A stretch of DNA of 64,000 nucleotides, from NCBI RefSeq assembly GCF_009914755.1, contig NC_060928.1, one strand, 5' to 3'. Under the pieces are notes generated by a model. That model was given only the letters and a program-made list of their open reading frames with translations. It had not been told where the DNA came from and did not search any database. Source of the DNA: the human T2T-CHM13v2.0 reference genome, Homo sapiens. This document shows, piece by piece, positions 28,342 to 44,182 of this stretch. Both the position numbers and the translations under genes were made by a program. The first letter of the stretch is position 1; each line of letters starts with the position of its first letter.

Positions 28342-30096
28342 ACCAATTTTCACAGTGATTAAAAAAGTCTCTCCATTTAAACACTAAAATATTAAATCAG
28401 CTTATGTCAAACACTGCGATTTGATTTTTTTAAATCCAAATGCCAAGTTGGCACAGTCTGTACTGTTCACCTCAGCCAAATTCCATTAGGTATTTTCATC
28501 TTTCTTGTCTTTTTGACAAAAACATAAATTTGAACTAGAAGTCACTGCTTGAAAGATTCAGAAAAAGAGGTGATGTTTCATTCACTTACTTTCAGTTGTT
28601 AAAGGTTTATAGTCTTACTACGTGGCTAAGTAATATATAGAAATGATAGTACTTTAAATCAAACATTTTGGTTTGTATTCTATGATTATCATACCTGATG
28701 TTTTTATGGCACTCACCTATACTCAAAAGAAATCAAGCATAAAAAGACTTTTGAAGATTAGGCTATGTTTTAATCATACAAATCAAAGCCATAAAAAATA
28801 GATAATGACAGTGAATGCATGCTGTTGGTATTTCTGACTAATTTATAAAGTCAAATGCATTATTAAAACTTGCTGAAAAAAAGAAAGGCAAATTCAAGCA
28901 AAATGATACCCAGTGAGCCTGTTTCAAGTGCTACTGTTTTCCATGTTAATCAGGCCCTCTAAGAACAGAGATCACACCTCTCAATTTCTAGTCGAGGAGC
29001 ATTACCCACTGGGTCTAAAAGGTGTCAGATTTTGAACAGCGTAGTTTTGTCACAGGAAATTGAGTTATACAGCAGTTATTTTCTTGCTGTTTTTTTCCAA
29101 GTAATGTTGTCTCTGGAAAACAGAGTGAGGCAGCAAGAGCTAAATCAAAATGATGTCTGTTTTAATTTTTTCTTAATGTCATTTATACAAATAACTTGTT
29201 TTGTAATTAATGAATAATACTGAATATGAAAGAATTATGAAAGATACATCAGTTTCACATTAGTACCTATGTTTCTATGTAGAGAATAAAAATAAGACTA
29301 GCACGTCACTATACAATCCTGTGAAAGTCAAATCTTGTACTACAGACCAATTTTAGATGTGATGGCCTAATATTAGTTTTAAAACACTGTTGTATAATAT
29401 GATACATTATAAAAAATTGTTTAATGAAAAGCTAGATGTCAATATTTGGCACACATTTGTGTTAATATTTTCTTATTTTTATGAAACTCAGTGATACCAA
29501 AAATAAAACTTCTCTGATCTCAATCTCAAGAAAACCTTATGTTTGTGATTGCCTTTATGTCCTGCTGGATGCCTACCCTACATTACTGTAGATATATGTG
29601 GCTGCATAGTTGTGGGAAAGTTTCATAATGTATAGTTAAGCTAAAAAAACAGAAAAGATACATAAGTTATCATTTTATATGTATGCCAATCACGAGGGTA
29701 AAAAATGTTTGGATAGCTGGTATGGAAATTCACCTTAGTTGAGAGAACTGAGAAAGATGTCTAAATAAATGTATTACTGGCAGAAGGGAGAAATCTGAAG
29801 ATGTTGGAATTGGCAGAAACAAAGAGCTCAAAAGAGAAGAGCAAAACTCTTTACAGTGTAAATTCTTCATACTGAATAAAAGATAAATTACATTTATAAA
29901 AAAAAAAAAGTCAGACAAACATTTGGGAACGTAGGAGCCTAAGACAGTCACATAGGCTAGGGGTGAGGGGAGATCGAATGAGAAGGAGTCAGGGAGAGAA
30001 CGACAGTTATAGCATGACCGAAATAAAAATTAAAACTTAAGGGTTTTAAGGATATTTAAGGATACCACTTATTATATGCCTAACACTGTTCCTCAT

Positions 30097-30642
30097 TGTG
30101 ATGGTTAATATTGAGTATCAACTTGACTGGATAGAAGGATGCAAAGTATTGTTCCTGGGTGTGCCTGGGTGTGTCTGTGAGGGTGTTGCTAAAGGAGATT
30201 AACATCTGAGTCAGTGGACTGGGAGAGGCAAGCCCACCCTCAAATTGGGTGGGCACCATCTAATCAGCTGCCAGCATGGCTAGGATAAAGCAGGCAGAAA
30301 AAGTTGGGAGGACTAGACTTGCTGAGTCTTCCAACCTTCATTTTTCTCTCATGCTGGATGCTTCCTGCCTTTGAACATTGGACTCCAAGTTCTTGAGCTT
30401 TTGGACTCTTGGACTTACAACAGTGGTTTGCCAGGAGCTCTGGGCCTTTGGATGCAGACTGAAGGCTGCACTGTCGGCTTCACTACTTTTGAGGTTTGGG
30501 ACTCAGACTGGCTTCCTTCCTCCTCAACTTATAGATGGCCTATTGTGGGACTTTGTGATTGTGTGGGTCAATTCTCCTAGTAAACTCCCCTTCATAAATA
30601 CATATATCCTATTAGTTTTGCCCCCTTTAGAGAGCCCTAATA
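30097..30642 (+). mobile_element. MLT2A (HERVL) solo LTR
   Basis: TGTGATGGTTAATATTGAGTATCAACTTGACTGGATAGAAGGATGCAAAGTATTG start. 5-bp TSD CTCAT. Confidence 0.92.
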
Positions 30643-30969
30643 CTCATTTTCTAATGAACTTTATAAATCAAACTACATAATACTGAAATTAAGCCCATTT
30701 ACACTGCTAAAAATAGGAAACAATTTTAGCTACCCGTTCTACAACCCTTCTCACTATCACATGGACAAATCCTTTGAGAGAGACTACTGAAGTCTAAGTT
30801 TTCTTGCTGAAATTATTGGAAAGGCCATGTGGAAAAGCCTGATTTTCAAACCTGGGCTAATAATTGTAGGACAGAAATTAAATTTTAGAACAAAAATACT
30901 GCATGGTAGGTACATGAAACCAGACACAGAGACAATGTTGGCCCTAGGAATTATCACAATGGTTCAGAG

Positions 30970-31862
30970 CATTGATGAAAATGGCCAAACTCGGCAAAAT
31001 ATTTAAAGAGGCTTATTCAGAGCCAAATATGAGTGTCGATGGCCCATGACACAGCCTCAGGAGGTACTGAGGGCATGTGCTTAAGGTGGTTGTGTTATAT
31101 CTTGGTTTTATACATTTTAGGGAGACAGAAGTTACACGCAAATACATAAATCAGTACACGTAAGGTATACATTGGTTTGTCCTAGAAAGGTGGGACATCT
31201 TAAAACCGAAGGCACGTTCTAGATTCTAGGTGGATTTGAAGATTTCCGGTGGTAATTGTTTGAAAGAGTTAAGCTTTGCCCAAGAAGTTGAAGTCAACAT
31301 AAAGAAATGCTTGAGTTAGGATGTGGGGGATTATGGAAACCAAGGTTCTTGTTGTGTATATAAAGCCTGCATGTAACAGGCTTCAGAAGGAATAGATGGT
31401 AAATACATCTTATGGGACCTTAAAATACAGAGTAGACTCTATAGAAAAGACCTAGTAAGGGAAAGAGATTCTCTGCAGAATGCAAATTTCGCCCACAAAA
31501 GACAGCTTTGCATGGCCATTTCAAAATGTGTTAAAGAAAAATATACTTTGGGGTAAAATATTTTGATTCACTGGACCTGCTGTCTATTATGTGATGCCAC
31601 GCCAGAGTCAGGTTGGAGTCAGGTATCCTATTGCTACAGAGTCACTTTTGTCAGTCTTATGATCTTTGATCTCTATTTAAATGTTAATACTGGTCAATTG
31701 TGTCTAAAGGCCAAAGAGAGGGGTTATAACAGGCATGTATGTCCAAGCCCCTTTTCTCATCAAGGCCTGAACTAGTTTTTCAGGTTTCTTGGGATTTCCC
31801 TGGTCCTGTAGGGGGTCCATCCAGTGGGTTGTGGGGGCTTGGAATTTTAATTTTAGTTTACA
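30970..31862 (-). mobile_element. MER4-group (MER4D-like) ERV1 solo LTR
   Basis: Reverse start TGTAAACTAAAAATTAAAATTCCAAGCCCCC; AACCTGAAAAACTAGTTCAGGCC on the minus strand; GCCCATGACACAGCCTCAGGAGG. Confidence 0.85.
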
Positions 31863-33169
31863 AGTGGAATACACAGGTCAAAGGCAAGCTTACCTAGATC
31901 TCAAGGGTCTTAAAAAAAAGTAACTTCATATAAAATAATAACTACATTAGTAATAGCTCTAGGTGGTGAGATTGAGAATGGTTTGTATTTATTTTTTTTT
32001 GTTTCCGAGTTCATATAATAAACATAGATAAATCATGTAGCTTTTTATTTAGAAAGATTTAGAAATTAGTGCAAATGAACACAGAAGCACAGTAACAATA
32101 GCAATTAGGAAACACAACCAGGGTTTGCACTATGAAAATTTTTACATAAATTCTTGGTTAATTTGGAGACATTTTTTTCCCTTGTAGTTTAAATGACACA
32201 CATACTGGTACAGTCTGCTTTGAATATACGAAACATATTTTGTTCTAAAATAGGTTTTACCTTATTTTTGACAAGCAATTTTCAAAATTTTTTTAAGTTT
32301 AGGAGAGATATTTTTGAGTTCAAATTATAGCCCATTAAAATCACTAGATAATAATCATGCATTAATGGGGAAGCAAGGTAAATGTATGCAACATTTGAAA
32401 TGAATTAAAAAATTCCCAAGGCATATAGATGCTTGTATGAGTTGTTAGCAATGGAGACATCTTTTAAAATGTGTAATTATGCTGCCTCTGTTAAAGAGTC
32501 ATTAATTAATTTTTATTCCTTCCTCAATTAATCTACTCTGAATATTTCAACACATTTTATTCCAGTATTTCTTTTTTAATCCTGTTTTTCCAGTAAACAG
32601 ATCCTGAAATTAAGTGTGAGCCCTGTTTACTAACACAGCTTCCATCCATTTGTTTGAACAGGGTAAGCTACATCTGTAAAGAAAATTGTCTAACTGTAAT
32701 TCATTTCCTTAATCTTTCTCATTACCAACCTCATTCCATTGTTATTCTATTTATTTTTCCACTTCCAGAAATATTCCCAAGCACTTTAATCCTATGTCAC
32801 AGTGGCTGCTTTAGTCTCTGGCTGTAGAATTCCTCAAATATTTGAACCCTCGCCCTGTGATGATTTTGCTTTTGCCTCCACATTTAACTCAGGTGTCTGA
32901 GGACACTTCAAAGATTCCTCAACTGAAACACCTGTTGATTGTTTTATGTGATATTTAGGGATCCAATTACAATCAATGTGATCTCTTTTAATTACCATTT
33001 GTGAAAATTTAGTCTTTCTCAAATTTCGAATTTTTGAACTCTCGGACCTATGGCAGCAGAAATGTTCTTTCCTTCAAATGTCATTTTACTCGATCCATGG
33101 AGTGTATCTACAGTATTTTGCTTTATTGCCTCATCCAGTTTCTTGCCTCCTCTTGAGAAAACCAAATTG

Positions 33170-33216
33170 TATAGATAGATCAATGGATAGATGGATAGAT
33201 CAATGATAGATAGATA
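33170..33216. repeat. Imperfect (GATA)n tract
   Basis: TAGATAGATCAATGGATAGATGGATAGATCAATGATAGATAGATA. Confidence 0.85.
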
Positions 33217-34662
33217 ATTTTTACTTATTAAGTAGTCTTAAGTAATTCTCTTCCACTACATCATGTTTACAGGCATAAAGCACATCAATCTTTTTTCTTT
33301 CCTAAAACAATTCTCCAAATATGGTCTTGTTCCATCCTCAATAATACATATTTATGAAAATAATAATTTCTTCATCTGTCCAAACCATCCATTGCACAGA
33401 CAAATTCTGTCAATCATCCCTCTCTGAATAAAACAATTCTACCCTCTCATTCTCTCAAAATGTACTCTCGATTTTTTTGTTGTTGTTCTTAACTCCCTTT
33501 AGTGTGCATCATCTTCTCTAAGCTTTCCTTTTTAACCTTACTAAATAAATTTGTGGATATGATTTCATAGCATCTTAAAAATACTGCATCAACATATTTT
33601 TAAAACAATGCTTGAATCTAGGTTTTCCTAGGCTTCCATTCCTATTTATGTCTACACAATATGGGTTTCCAGTTACACAAGAGTTGTTTCCCAAAATTGG
33701 TTCTTGGTTTTCTCTCATATGTTGAGGTAAGGCCTCTAAATAATTTTATGAACTTATATCCTCTTAGAGAGAGATAGTTCCATAGACTCTGTGATTTTTT
33801 CCCCTCTTTCTGTGAAATATATTTTAGGTGTCACTCATCTTTTATCAATTAAAAGAAAAAAATTCTGTCTCCACTAGACCCACCAACAAGAGCAGTGAAG
33901 GGCATTTCCTATTCCCTTTCATATTTATCTAAGCTGATCTTTCAGATTTTTACATTTCCCCTAAAGTTTTCTTTTTTTCCAAAATAATTAGCTTATGTTA
34001 TTAATCTCCATTTTCCTTTTTAATGTTGCTCTCATTTTGAGTTAAAGAAAAAAAATGTTTCTCTTTGAACTTTCTTTTTTGAATCTCAGAGCAAACCGTT
34101 CTCAGAAACAATCTTTCATATTCGTGTGTCTTTTTAATTACCTCCTTATTTGTGTGTTTGTAATAATGCCCTAGAGATGTATTTCTTTTCCAAGCTCATG
34201 AGATGTTATGTATCTTTTAAAGGTGGCTTCTTCCCCAATTGTCTTCATGTGTTCATTGATAAAATTACCATACTCTGTGATTGAACCTCAGAGGCAGTGT
34301 CGGGGGGTCTAATAGATCTGTGGACTCAAGTCAAGTTTTACTACTAGTGTTCCATCTTTAGCCTTAGATTAAATTACTCAGAGCATAAAGCAGCACAATT
34401 TGGGACAGAGGATCAGACATTACCTATCATTATCTATCCATGACTAACACAACCATTAGACAAAACCTTTTTCACTGGGCAGCATCTTCCTTACCCCATG
34501 TGAATTAGAGCAATAAAAATATTACATGCCTTTTCTGATACTTTGTAACTATGTGCTGAAAAAATATTGTAAGAAATATTGAAGACTGCCATAATTATTA
34601 TGACAAGAATAGCACCCCCTAGAGTTGTGCTGTGCACATCCTATTCTGAAGTTTTTAACCAC

Positions 34663-35016
34663 CGATATGGTTTGGCTATGCCCTGACCCAAATCTCATCC
34701 TGAATTGTAACTCCTACAATTCCCATGTGTTGTGGGAGGGACCTGGTGGGAGGTAAGTGAATCATGGGGGCCGGTCTTTCTCATGCTATTCTCGTGATAG
34801 TGAATATGTCACATGAGATCTTATGGTTTTAAAAAGGGGAGTTTGCGTGTACAAGCTCTCTTGTCTGTCGCCATATGAGATGTGCCTTTCACCTTCCACC
34901 ATGATTGTAAGGCCTCTACAGCCACATGGAACTGTAAGTCCAATAAACCTCTTTATTTTGTAAATTGCCCAGTCTCAGCCACATCTTTACCAGCAGCATG
35001 AAAATGCACTAATACA
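34663..35016 (+). mobile_element. THE1B-like MaLR solo LTR
   Basis: (C)GATATGGTTTGGCT...CACTAATACA. 5-bp TSD ACCAC (34658-34662 / 35017-35021). Confidence 0.94.
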
Positions 35017-36042
35017 ACCACATTCACTTTATCCAATTCCATGGTTTAAAATTCAGACTGTGGTGCTGAATGAGATTAATTTTAAGAAGAAAAAAAGGCA
35101 CATTTGTTATACATCGAAGAAAGATGCCCAATAATTCCTACATCACTGCCTGTAAATATCAGCTAGTATTTACCAGTCAGGTGGCTGTCCACTAAATTTT
35201 AGAAAAAGTTAATTGATCATCCAACTAAAATATCATGAGAGAGTGTTTCCTGCCCTTCACCACACCTGTATTTATTGATATGAAGTACTGCATTAGCTCA
35301 TCTTGACACTTAAGATACACTTTTTTAAATACTGAACTCTTCAAACATGTTCTTGAAGGCACCAGCCAAGGTTGCTCTTAATATTTACAGTGGCTTCACG
35401 GGATAAAAAGCCACAGTGTTGTCATCTAGAAATCCTATCACCATTGCCTTGTCCAAAAACTTGGGGTCCTGATTTGAATTTTGCTCCTCAATGCCATTTC
35501 CTGGGAAATGGTCTGTGTATTAAGAATGTAGGACTGTATCTGCCTAAAACTTCTTCACTCTAGCATATAAGCAATTGAGAGGATTAAAAAAAAAAAAGAC
35601 ATGCAAAATGAGAGAGTAAGAGGCTCTTAAAGTTGGGCTTGTCACCTGCACCACCAAGAAAAAAATCAGTTTACTGGAAAGAGTGATTGGAATTAACTAC
35701 TTAGGAACTCTGGAACTGATTGGACACTTTTAACAATCAACAAACTCTTTGATGAATAAAGAGGTGATGGTTCTTTGATATGATCCAGATACCCATTGCC
35801 CTCTCTTCAGCCTTCTGTGTGGAGAATAGCTCACATGACCTCATTGCTGGAGCATCTGGCTGGTGCCAGGATGCGTAGTAAGGACATTGTCCTCAAGAAA
35901 TTGGGGTTGTGCTGTTTGGCAGAAGCAGTTGCCAATGGCTTTTTGAGGGGGGAATAATAAAGTGTTGCAAACTATAGTAGTAGTGATGGTTGCACAACTT
36001 TGTTAATATATTAAAGTATATTTAAAATTGTAAATTGTATAA

Positions 36043-36500
<458 letters not shown>

Positions 36501-37004
36501 AATTTTAGCCATTTTGAAGACTGTTTTGACAGTTTCTTAAAGGATTATACATAAACCAACTATATGAACCTACAACTTCACTCTCACATGTCTTTTCAGA
36601 AGAATTGAATGTATGTCCACACAAAGGCTTGTAGGTGCATATTCACATCATGGTAACTCATAATAGCAACAAAACACCCAGGAAAAAATCCATGTGACTG
36701 TCAACTGTGAATGGGTAAACAAAATGTTGCATATCTATGCAATGGTACACTATTCAGTAATAAAAAGGAACAAACTAAAGATACATCCATCTAATGCAGA
36801 AAAACCTCAAAAACCTTACACTGAATGAAAGAAGGCAGAAACAAAAGACTTATTATATTTATAAGGGATTTCCTGGAAAGGCAAACCTATAAAGACAGAA
36901 GATCAGTAACTGCCTCGGGCTGAGGGTGAGAGTGAAGACTGACTGAAAATAGACACAAAGGAACATTTTGGGGTGACAGAAATGATTTAAAACTAGATGG
37001 TGGT

Positions 37005-37337
<333 letters not shown>

Positions 37338-38239
37338 TTACATAGCTTTATAAATTTACTAACGACATTGAATAATGCACTTATTGTATGTAAATAAAAA
37401 TTAAAAACTGCTTTAAAATGAGCAAACATTTCATATCATTTCTATCTCTAAAATGTAGACAACTGGTACACTTGCATTGTCTATTTCTAATACATTGTTT
37501 TTCTATTTCTTAAATTGCTGCCTGTATCTCCATATCAAATTTTCAGAGAGGGCAACTGATGTATGAGATTTTTATTATAATATAAGGAACAATTAATAAT
37601 TACACCCAGTAGCTTCTGTTTCTACATGGAATTATAACTAAGAATCTGACCTCTTATGATAGCACCATAAAAAGGAAAAAAGAGTTAACTGGTGCTTTCG
37701 TATGGTATATTAATCAAGGTTATTATTTGTGTGCATAAATGCTATTCCTTGTCATTTTAGTCATGAACGTGATTTATAAAACAGCCCTGAGTTTGTAAAA
37801 CTATACTTGAGAACAAAGAAAAGTTTGGCACATGAATTCATTTTTCATGTAGACTTCAAGGTAGTTGAAGTCAGTGGGAAGAAAACGGGTTCTTCTACTT
37901 CAACATATCACATAGCAGAAGGAAATGAATCACATAGATCAGTCCTAACCTATATATCACTTATTCTCAATTATCTCCCTTGAAAGGGGGGGGGGCGCCT
38001 AATTGAACATAATTTGGGGGTGAGTCTGACATCTATTGGGACTTGTTTTCTTTGCTTGGTATCACTGTGATATGGTTAGTCAGTCCCAAAACACCACATT
38101 CACTAAAATCTGCTACCAAAAAGGAATAATCTTGTTTTTCTGTCTACTTTTAAAATTATACAAACTACCCTCCTTCTTCCACTATCCCAGAGTTTAAGCT
38201 GAATTTGTGTGAGTGTAGGAAGTTTAATCATAGTATCTG

Positions 38240-38960
38240 CCCCACGTATCAATTTATTGCCTCTCAGCTCCAAATTTATACACACACTCTCTGTCTCTCA
38301 AAATGCACAGAATTCCTTTAAGCATCCTTACTTTAGAGTGAACACACTATTCAGCTTTCTCAGTAGAGGGCACTAGAGGGATATTGCAAAAGAAAGGGCT
38401 CTCCGGTTTCCCTGTTGAGTCAACAGTGCAGGCTGAAGCCATCAGGTGAAGCTCAACTCCAGCTTTGGTGTTGGCCAGAATATATGGTCTCCTGGTGACA
38501 CTGCAGCCCCAAAATGGCCCAGTGATCACCTTCACATTGTCCTCTCAACACAGAAACCCGTGCCTGAAAGGCTTTCTACCTTGGCATCCTGAATTCTTCT
38601 CCATGTCTCTGACATCCACTTGCTGCCTGTGTCATCAGTTGCTGTTGAACGGCACCCCTCCTACTATCTCGAGTGTTTCTTTTTCCTGTCCAGTGACTTG
38701 ACTTCAGGCTAATTTTTGGCCTAGTCAAATTGGTGAATATTTCTGATATTCAATGGGTAAAACTACACCTTCTCCAATAAAGTCTAGACACCAGCCTTCA
38801 AGAGTCTGGGTAGTGGTGGTTTGAGGGGCGGTGGGAGGCACTTTCAAAGCTGTCCTTCCATAGGTATTCTCCTTTAGCTCTAGGGCACTAAATAGACTTT
38901 TTCCCTAATTATGTGCCTACTGTGTTACTCACTATATGGTTTCTAAGTCTTGATTTGAAC
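38240..38960 (-). mobile_element. Old ERVL LTR (LTR41/LTR33-like)
   Basis: TATCAATTTATTGCCTCTCAGCTCCAAATT (minus-strand AATAAA) and GTCCTTCCATAGGTATTCTCCTTTAGCTCTAG. Confidence 0.5.
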
Positions 38961-39189
38961 CAGCTTATTAGTATAGTTTGTTGTGTATCTTGGGATCTTT
39001 ATTTTGCTGTTATTGCTGAAATTGTCACCATTTATTACATTCCTAATGTTAAAAAATGAGAACATTTAAATTATTGCTTAATTAAAAGTAGGAAGAAACT
39101 CAGGAAGGCTTTAGGAGAAAATGATAAAAATTGTTTCTCAATTGTGATGGGTGATGCTCAGGGAGGGAGGAAGACTTTGCCATGTATCC

Positions 39190-39760
39190 TTTTTTATTGG
39201 TTTTTGCAGTAAAATATAAATTATGTAAATTTTCCCATTTTAAACATTCCAAGTGCACAATTTGAAGACATTAAATGTATTCACAATGTTGTTAAACCAT
39301 TACCACTATGTATTTCCAGAAATGTTTAAACATCCTAAACAGAAATGCTAAATTCACTAAGCAGTGGGTCCCCATTTTTCCCTGATTTTTGCCCAAGGTA
39401 ACCTCTATGCTACTCTTTTTGTCTAAAATTTGTCTGCTAGATATCCAGCATAAGCCAAATAATCCAATATTTATCCTTTTGAGTATTGATTTATTTTGTT
39501 TAACAGATTTTCAGGGTTTATCCATATCATAAGATGTATCAGAACTTTATGTATTTTTATGCCTAAATAACCTCCCATTGTATGAATATACTACATTTTT
39601 GTATCTATTCATCTATTGTACTTTTGGGTTGTGTCAAAAACAGACTTTTGGTGAATTTTTAAAAATACCACTATGAGCATTGGTGTACAGGTACCTGTTT
39701 GAGTCCCTGTTTTCAACTGTTTGGGGAATATAACTAGGAAGGGAATTGCTGGACATTTAC
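39190..39760 (-). mobile_element. L1MB/L1MA 3' fragment
   Basis: CATTAAATGTATTCACAATGTTGTTAAACCATTACCACTAT; TACCTGTTTGAGTCCCTGTTTTCAA...GGAATTGCTGGA. Confidence 0.8.
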
Positions 39761-41149
39761 TTGAAATTTATTTGAGTAGGAAATTGGAAATATTAAAACA
39801 ATGTATCCATAATCTTACATTTTAAAAATTTATGTATCAAAGTATGCCAGTCAATGTTGTCTAAAGAAATTTACAAGGAAAAACAGCTGCTCTCTACTCT
39901 TGCATTTAAAATAAATTTTTAAAGATTGTCCTTCCATCGGGTAAGTTACCTAATTGCTAGACTCTTGGTTGTGTGCTCACAACTAAGTATGTCCCGTTTT
40001 CATAGATTTTGAAGCTAATTATTACATTTTCTCCCCCATATTGCAACATAATACAATAGTTTCTCTTATTGTCATTATCTGGGTAACTATTTTAAATTAT
40101 TTAGCAGTTAATTTAATTACATTTGGCAAATTTCCTGGCAATTTTCCCCACTCATCCCTTTTTCTGGACTGTCTATTAAGCACAGGAGACATAATGTAAC
40201 AAAATAATTCCAAGTTAAGATTCAATAAGCATCTTGCAATGTTTTGTGTTTGTAAGATAAGATTTTGTATTATCCTTCCTTGTGCACAGCACATCTTCTA
40301 GCGTCACCCTATGACAGAGGTGAAATTGCCTTTCATTCAGGTGTGAGATCTTCCAGCATCCTGGAGGAACAGACTGCCAACCTCATATCACAAGGTTTGA
40401 AATTACACTGGAAATCACAATGTCTCTTTTCTTGACAGAAACAGCAGGAAGCAATATTCGTTTCAGACAGAGATAGAGACCCCCTACCTATAATGACTTA
40501 GATTGATTTTCAGAAAAGTTTCTTCCTTTTTTAAAAATAATAATTGCCTATGACACACTGTCCAGTATCTTTCTGCTTCCGCATTTTTTTCTGACTCTAT
40601 GTCTATTTCCCTTTCTCTATAACTTGTGGTTCACTTATTTTTGTTATGTTGGAATACTAATTATGAAAATGCTGTTCAAGTGCAGTGCCCCTAAAACATC
40701 ATGATGACTGCTTGTTATTAGCATCAACACAGGAATGTTACCAATACTTCTGTGTTCTCTATGAATATGGTACAGTCTAAAGTGACAGTCTTTTCCTTGC
40801 CTTCTAAAGAAATATACATTATATTCTATGCTGTCTAAAAATCAAATTATCCCATTTCTCTAAAAGGACCCATAACTTTAACTGATTACATGTCTTTTTA
40901 AAGGAGAATTAGATCAGAGTGTGTTTCAAATTATTTAACAGATAGTTTCAAGAATTAGAAAAAAAATGAGTATTTTAAAAAAAACAGGCTTTATCTACTA
41001 CACATTGATTAGTAACATTCTAATAGGTATTTAGATGAAAACTATTAATACAAATGTACTTTGGAAGAATGGACAGGCATACAATGGTATAGCATAATGG
41101 ATGACATATTCAAAGGCCTGCTCCTAAATGCCTGTGAGTGCAGTGCTAC

Positions 41150-42582
41150 TGTGTCCAGAATTGGTGGGTTCTTGGTCTCACTGACCTCAAGAATGAAGCC
41201 GCAGACCCTCGCGGTGAGTATTACTGTTCTTAAAGGCGGCGTGTCCTGAGTTTGCTCCTCCTGATGTTCAGATGTGTTCGGAGTTTCTTCCTTCTGGTGG
41301 GTTCATGGTCTCCCTGGCTCAGGAGTGAAACTGCAGACCTTTGTGGTGAGTGTTACAGCTCATAAAGGCAGTTCGGACCCAAAGAGTGAGCAGCAGCAAG
41401 ATTTATTGCAAAGAGCTAAAGAACAAAGCTCCCACAGCATGGAAGGGGACCCGAGCAGGTTGCCACTGCTGGATTGGGCAGCCTGCTTTTATTCCCTTAT
41501 CTGGCCCCACCCAAATCCTGCTGATTGGTCCATTTTCACAGAGCACTGATTAGTCTGTTTTACAGAGAGCTGATTGGTCCATTTTGACAGGGTGCTGATT
41601 GGTGCATTTGCAATCCCTGAGCTAGACACAAAAATTTTCCAAGTCCCCACTAGATTAACTAGATACAGAGTGCTGATTGGTGCATTTACAAACCTTGAGC
41701 TAGACACAGAGTGCTGATTGGTGTGTTTACAAACCTTGAGCTAGACACACAGTGCTGATTGATGTATTTACAATCCTTTAGCTAGACATAAAGGTTCTCC
41801 AAGTCCTCACTAGATTACCTAGACACAGAGCACTGACTGGTGCATTTACAAAACTTGAGCTAGACACAGGGTGCTGAGTGGTGTGTGTACAATCCTCCAG
41901 CTAGACATAACAGTTCTCCAAGTCCCCACTAGACTCAGGAGCCCAGCTGGCTTCACCTAGTGGATCCTGCACCGGGGCTGCAGGCAGAGCTGCCCACCAG
42001 TCTCATGTGGTGTGCCCACACTCCTCAGCCCTTGGGCAGTCAATGGCACCGGGTGCCATGGAGCAGGGGGCGGCACTCATCGGGGAGGCTCGGGCGGTGC
42101 AGAGGCCCACGGCGGCAGGGAGGCTCGGGCCTGGCAGGCTGCAGGTCCTGAGCCCTGCCCCACAGGGAGGATGCTGAGGTCCGGCGGGAATTCGAGTGCA
42201 GCGCCGGTGGGCCGGCACTGCTGGGGGATCCAGTGCACCCTCCGCAGCTGCTGGCCCAGGTGCTAAGCCCCTCACTGCCCAGGGCTGGCGGTGCCGGCCG
42301 GCCGCTCTGAGTGTGGGGCACATTGAGCCCATGCCCACCTGGAACTCGCACTGGTCTGCGAGCACCGTGTGCAGCCCCCGTTCCCACCCACGCCTTTCCC
42401 TTTTACATCTCTCTACAAGCCTAGGGAGCCGGCTCCAGCGTCAACCAGCCCAGACAGGGGCTCCCAGAGTGCAGCAGCAGGCTGAAGGGCCCCTGAAGCA
42501 CCGCGAGAGTGGGAGCCGAAGCCAAGGAGGTGCCGAGAGCGAGCGAGGGCTGCGAGGGCTGCCAGCATGCTGTCACCTCTCA
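41150..42582 (-). mobile_element. LTR12 (ERV9) solo LTR, LTR12D/E-like
   Basis: TGTGTCCAGAATTGGTGGG ... GCTGTCACCTCTCA. 4-bp TSD CTAC (41146-41149 / 42583-42586). CTGATTGG repeat array. Confidence 0.97.
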
Positions 42583-42635
42583 CTACAACTTCTACCTCTT
42601 AAGTGCATGTGGTACTTCTAAGAAATATTGGCTCT

Positions 42636-43001
<366 letters not shown>

Positions 43002-44039
43002 TCAAGCACTCAGGAAATTTATTATTTTGAAGTACTCTGGTTTTTTGCACTCTAAGCCATGTTGACCCAACATGAAAAAATTAGGAACAGACACACTCTA
43101 TTACGCCAAAACACAAAAGATACAAATCAAATCATTACAGGATTTAGATGTTTTGCATCAGTATTTTTCATAGTTGGAAACAGACAAGTAAAGAGACATT
43201 AAACTGTGACTTGTGCTTTTTGTTAGCAATTAGTACTTCTAAGACTTGAGCAACAATACAGGAATTTTATTCATATTCTGCATCACTTTTATAAACAACA
43301 AATTACTGCATTTTTCCATTATTCTGATAATGCTGAAATAAGAAAAGTAATTTTTTGTTAAAGAATATACTGAAATAAGGGTAAAAACCCCACATATCTG
43401 ATATCTATTTCCAAGAACTGTTTCATTAGGAGGGCAGAGCAGCCTGCAACACATCTCTCCTCAATGGCAGGCACCCATGTGATTTTTCAACTAACAATTC
43501 TAGTGTAAATATAGCTATAATGAATTAAATTCTATAATCCAGAAATGTAGGTCATAATATCAGATTGCATACCATATGCTATTTTGTCAGATTAAATATA
43601 AGGAATATGTGAATTCTTCAAATTTGGTGCTTGACATTCTAAAATGGCCCCTTTCCCATTCTTGACAAACCTTGAAACTAATGACTAACTCCTATTCATG
43701 AAGGTTAAATTCCTATTACATGATTTGTTGAGCATCTCCTGATGGTATTTATGATATTTTAAATCTAATTCCAATAAAACTTGATGCAACTTTGTCAGTC
43801 TGTTTTTCTTTTAAATTTTGTGGATTTGATATTGGTTGATTTTAAGTACTCATTATGTTCATTATTTTCAATTCTATCCTGGAATGTTATTTTCACTTAT
43901 GGGTAGAGAGTTAAAAAAAAGGTCATAAAAGAAAATAAGAGATATTTCTCAAATGTTTTGATAGATATTAAAGCAAAATGATGTGGCAAAATAGATGTTT
44001 TAGTCAAGTTATAGTAGGAGAAAGTATATATCCTCATGT

Positions 44040-44182
44040 GAAATATGTTGTATAAATAGTTATACTGTATTTTATTTGTATTATTTTTATTGTTGTATAG
44101 TTACTATTTTTTCAACTATTTTTTATTTAAGTTTGGAGGAATCTGCAGAAGCAGAACCCACAGATACAGAGGGCCAACTGTA
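44040..44182 (+). mobile_element. MER2/Tigger terminal fragment
   Basis: GCAGAACCCACAGATACAGAGGGCCAACTGTA terminus ending in TA. Confidence 0.75.

Noticed and set aside
27951-35016. Two direct THE1 LTRs as a single MaLR provirus
   Set aside because: They have separate TSDs (ATAAC, ACCAC) and no THE1 internal sequence between them.
41520-41935. ~40-bp repeated units as a CRISPR-like array (also 5590-5800 and 61870-62165)
   Set aside because: These are the known ERV9 U3 tandem enhancer repeats. They have no unique spacers, no cas genes nearby, and a eukaryotic context.
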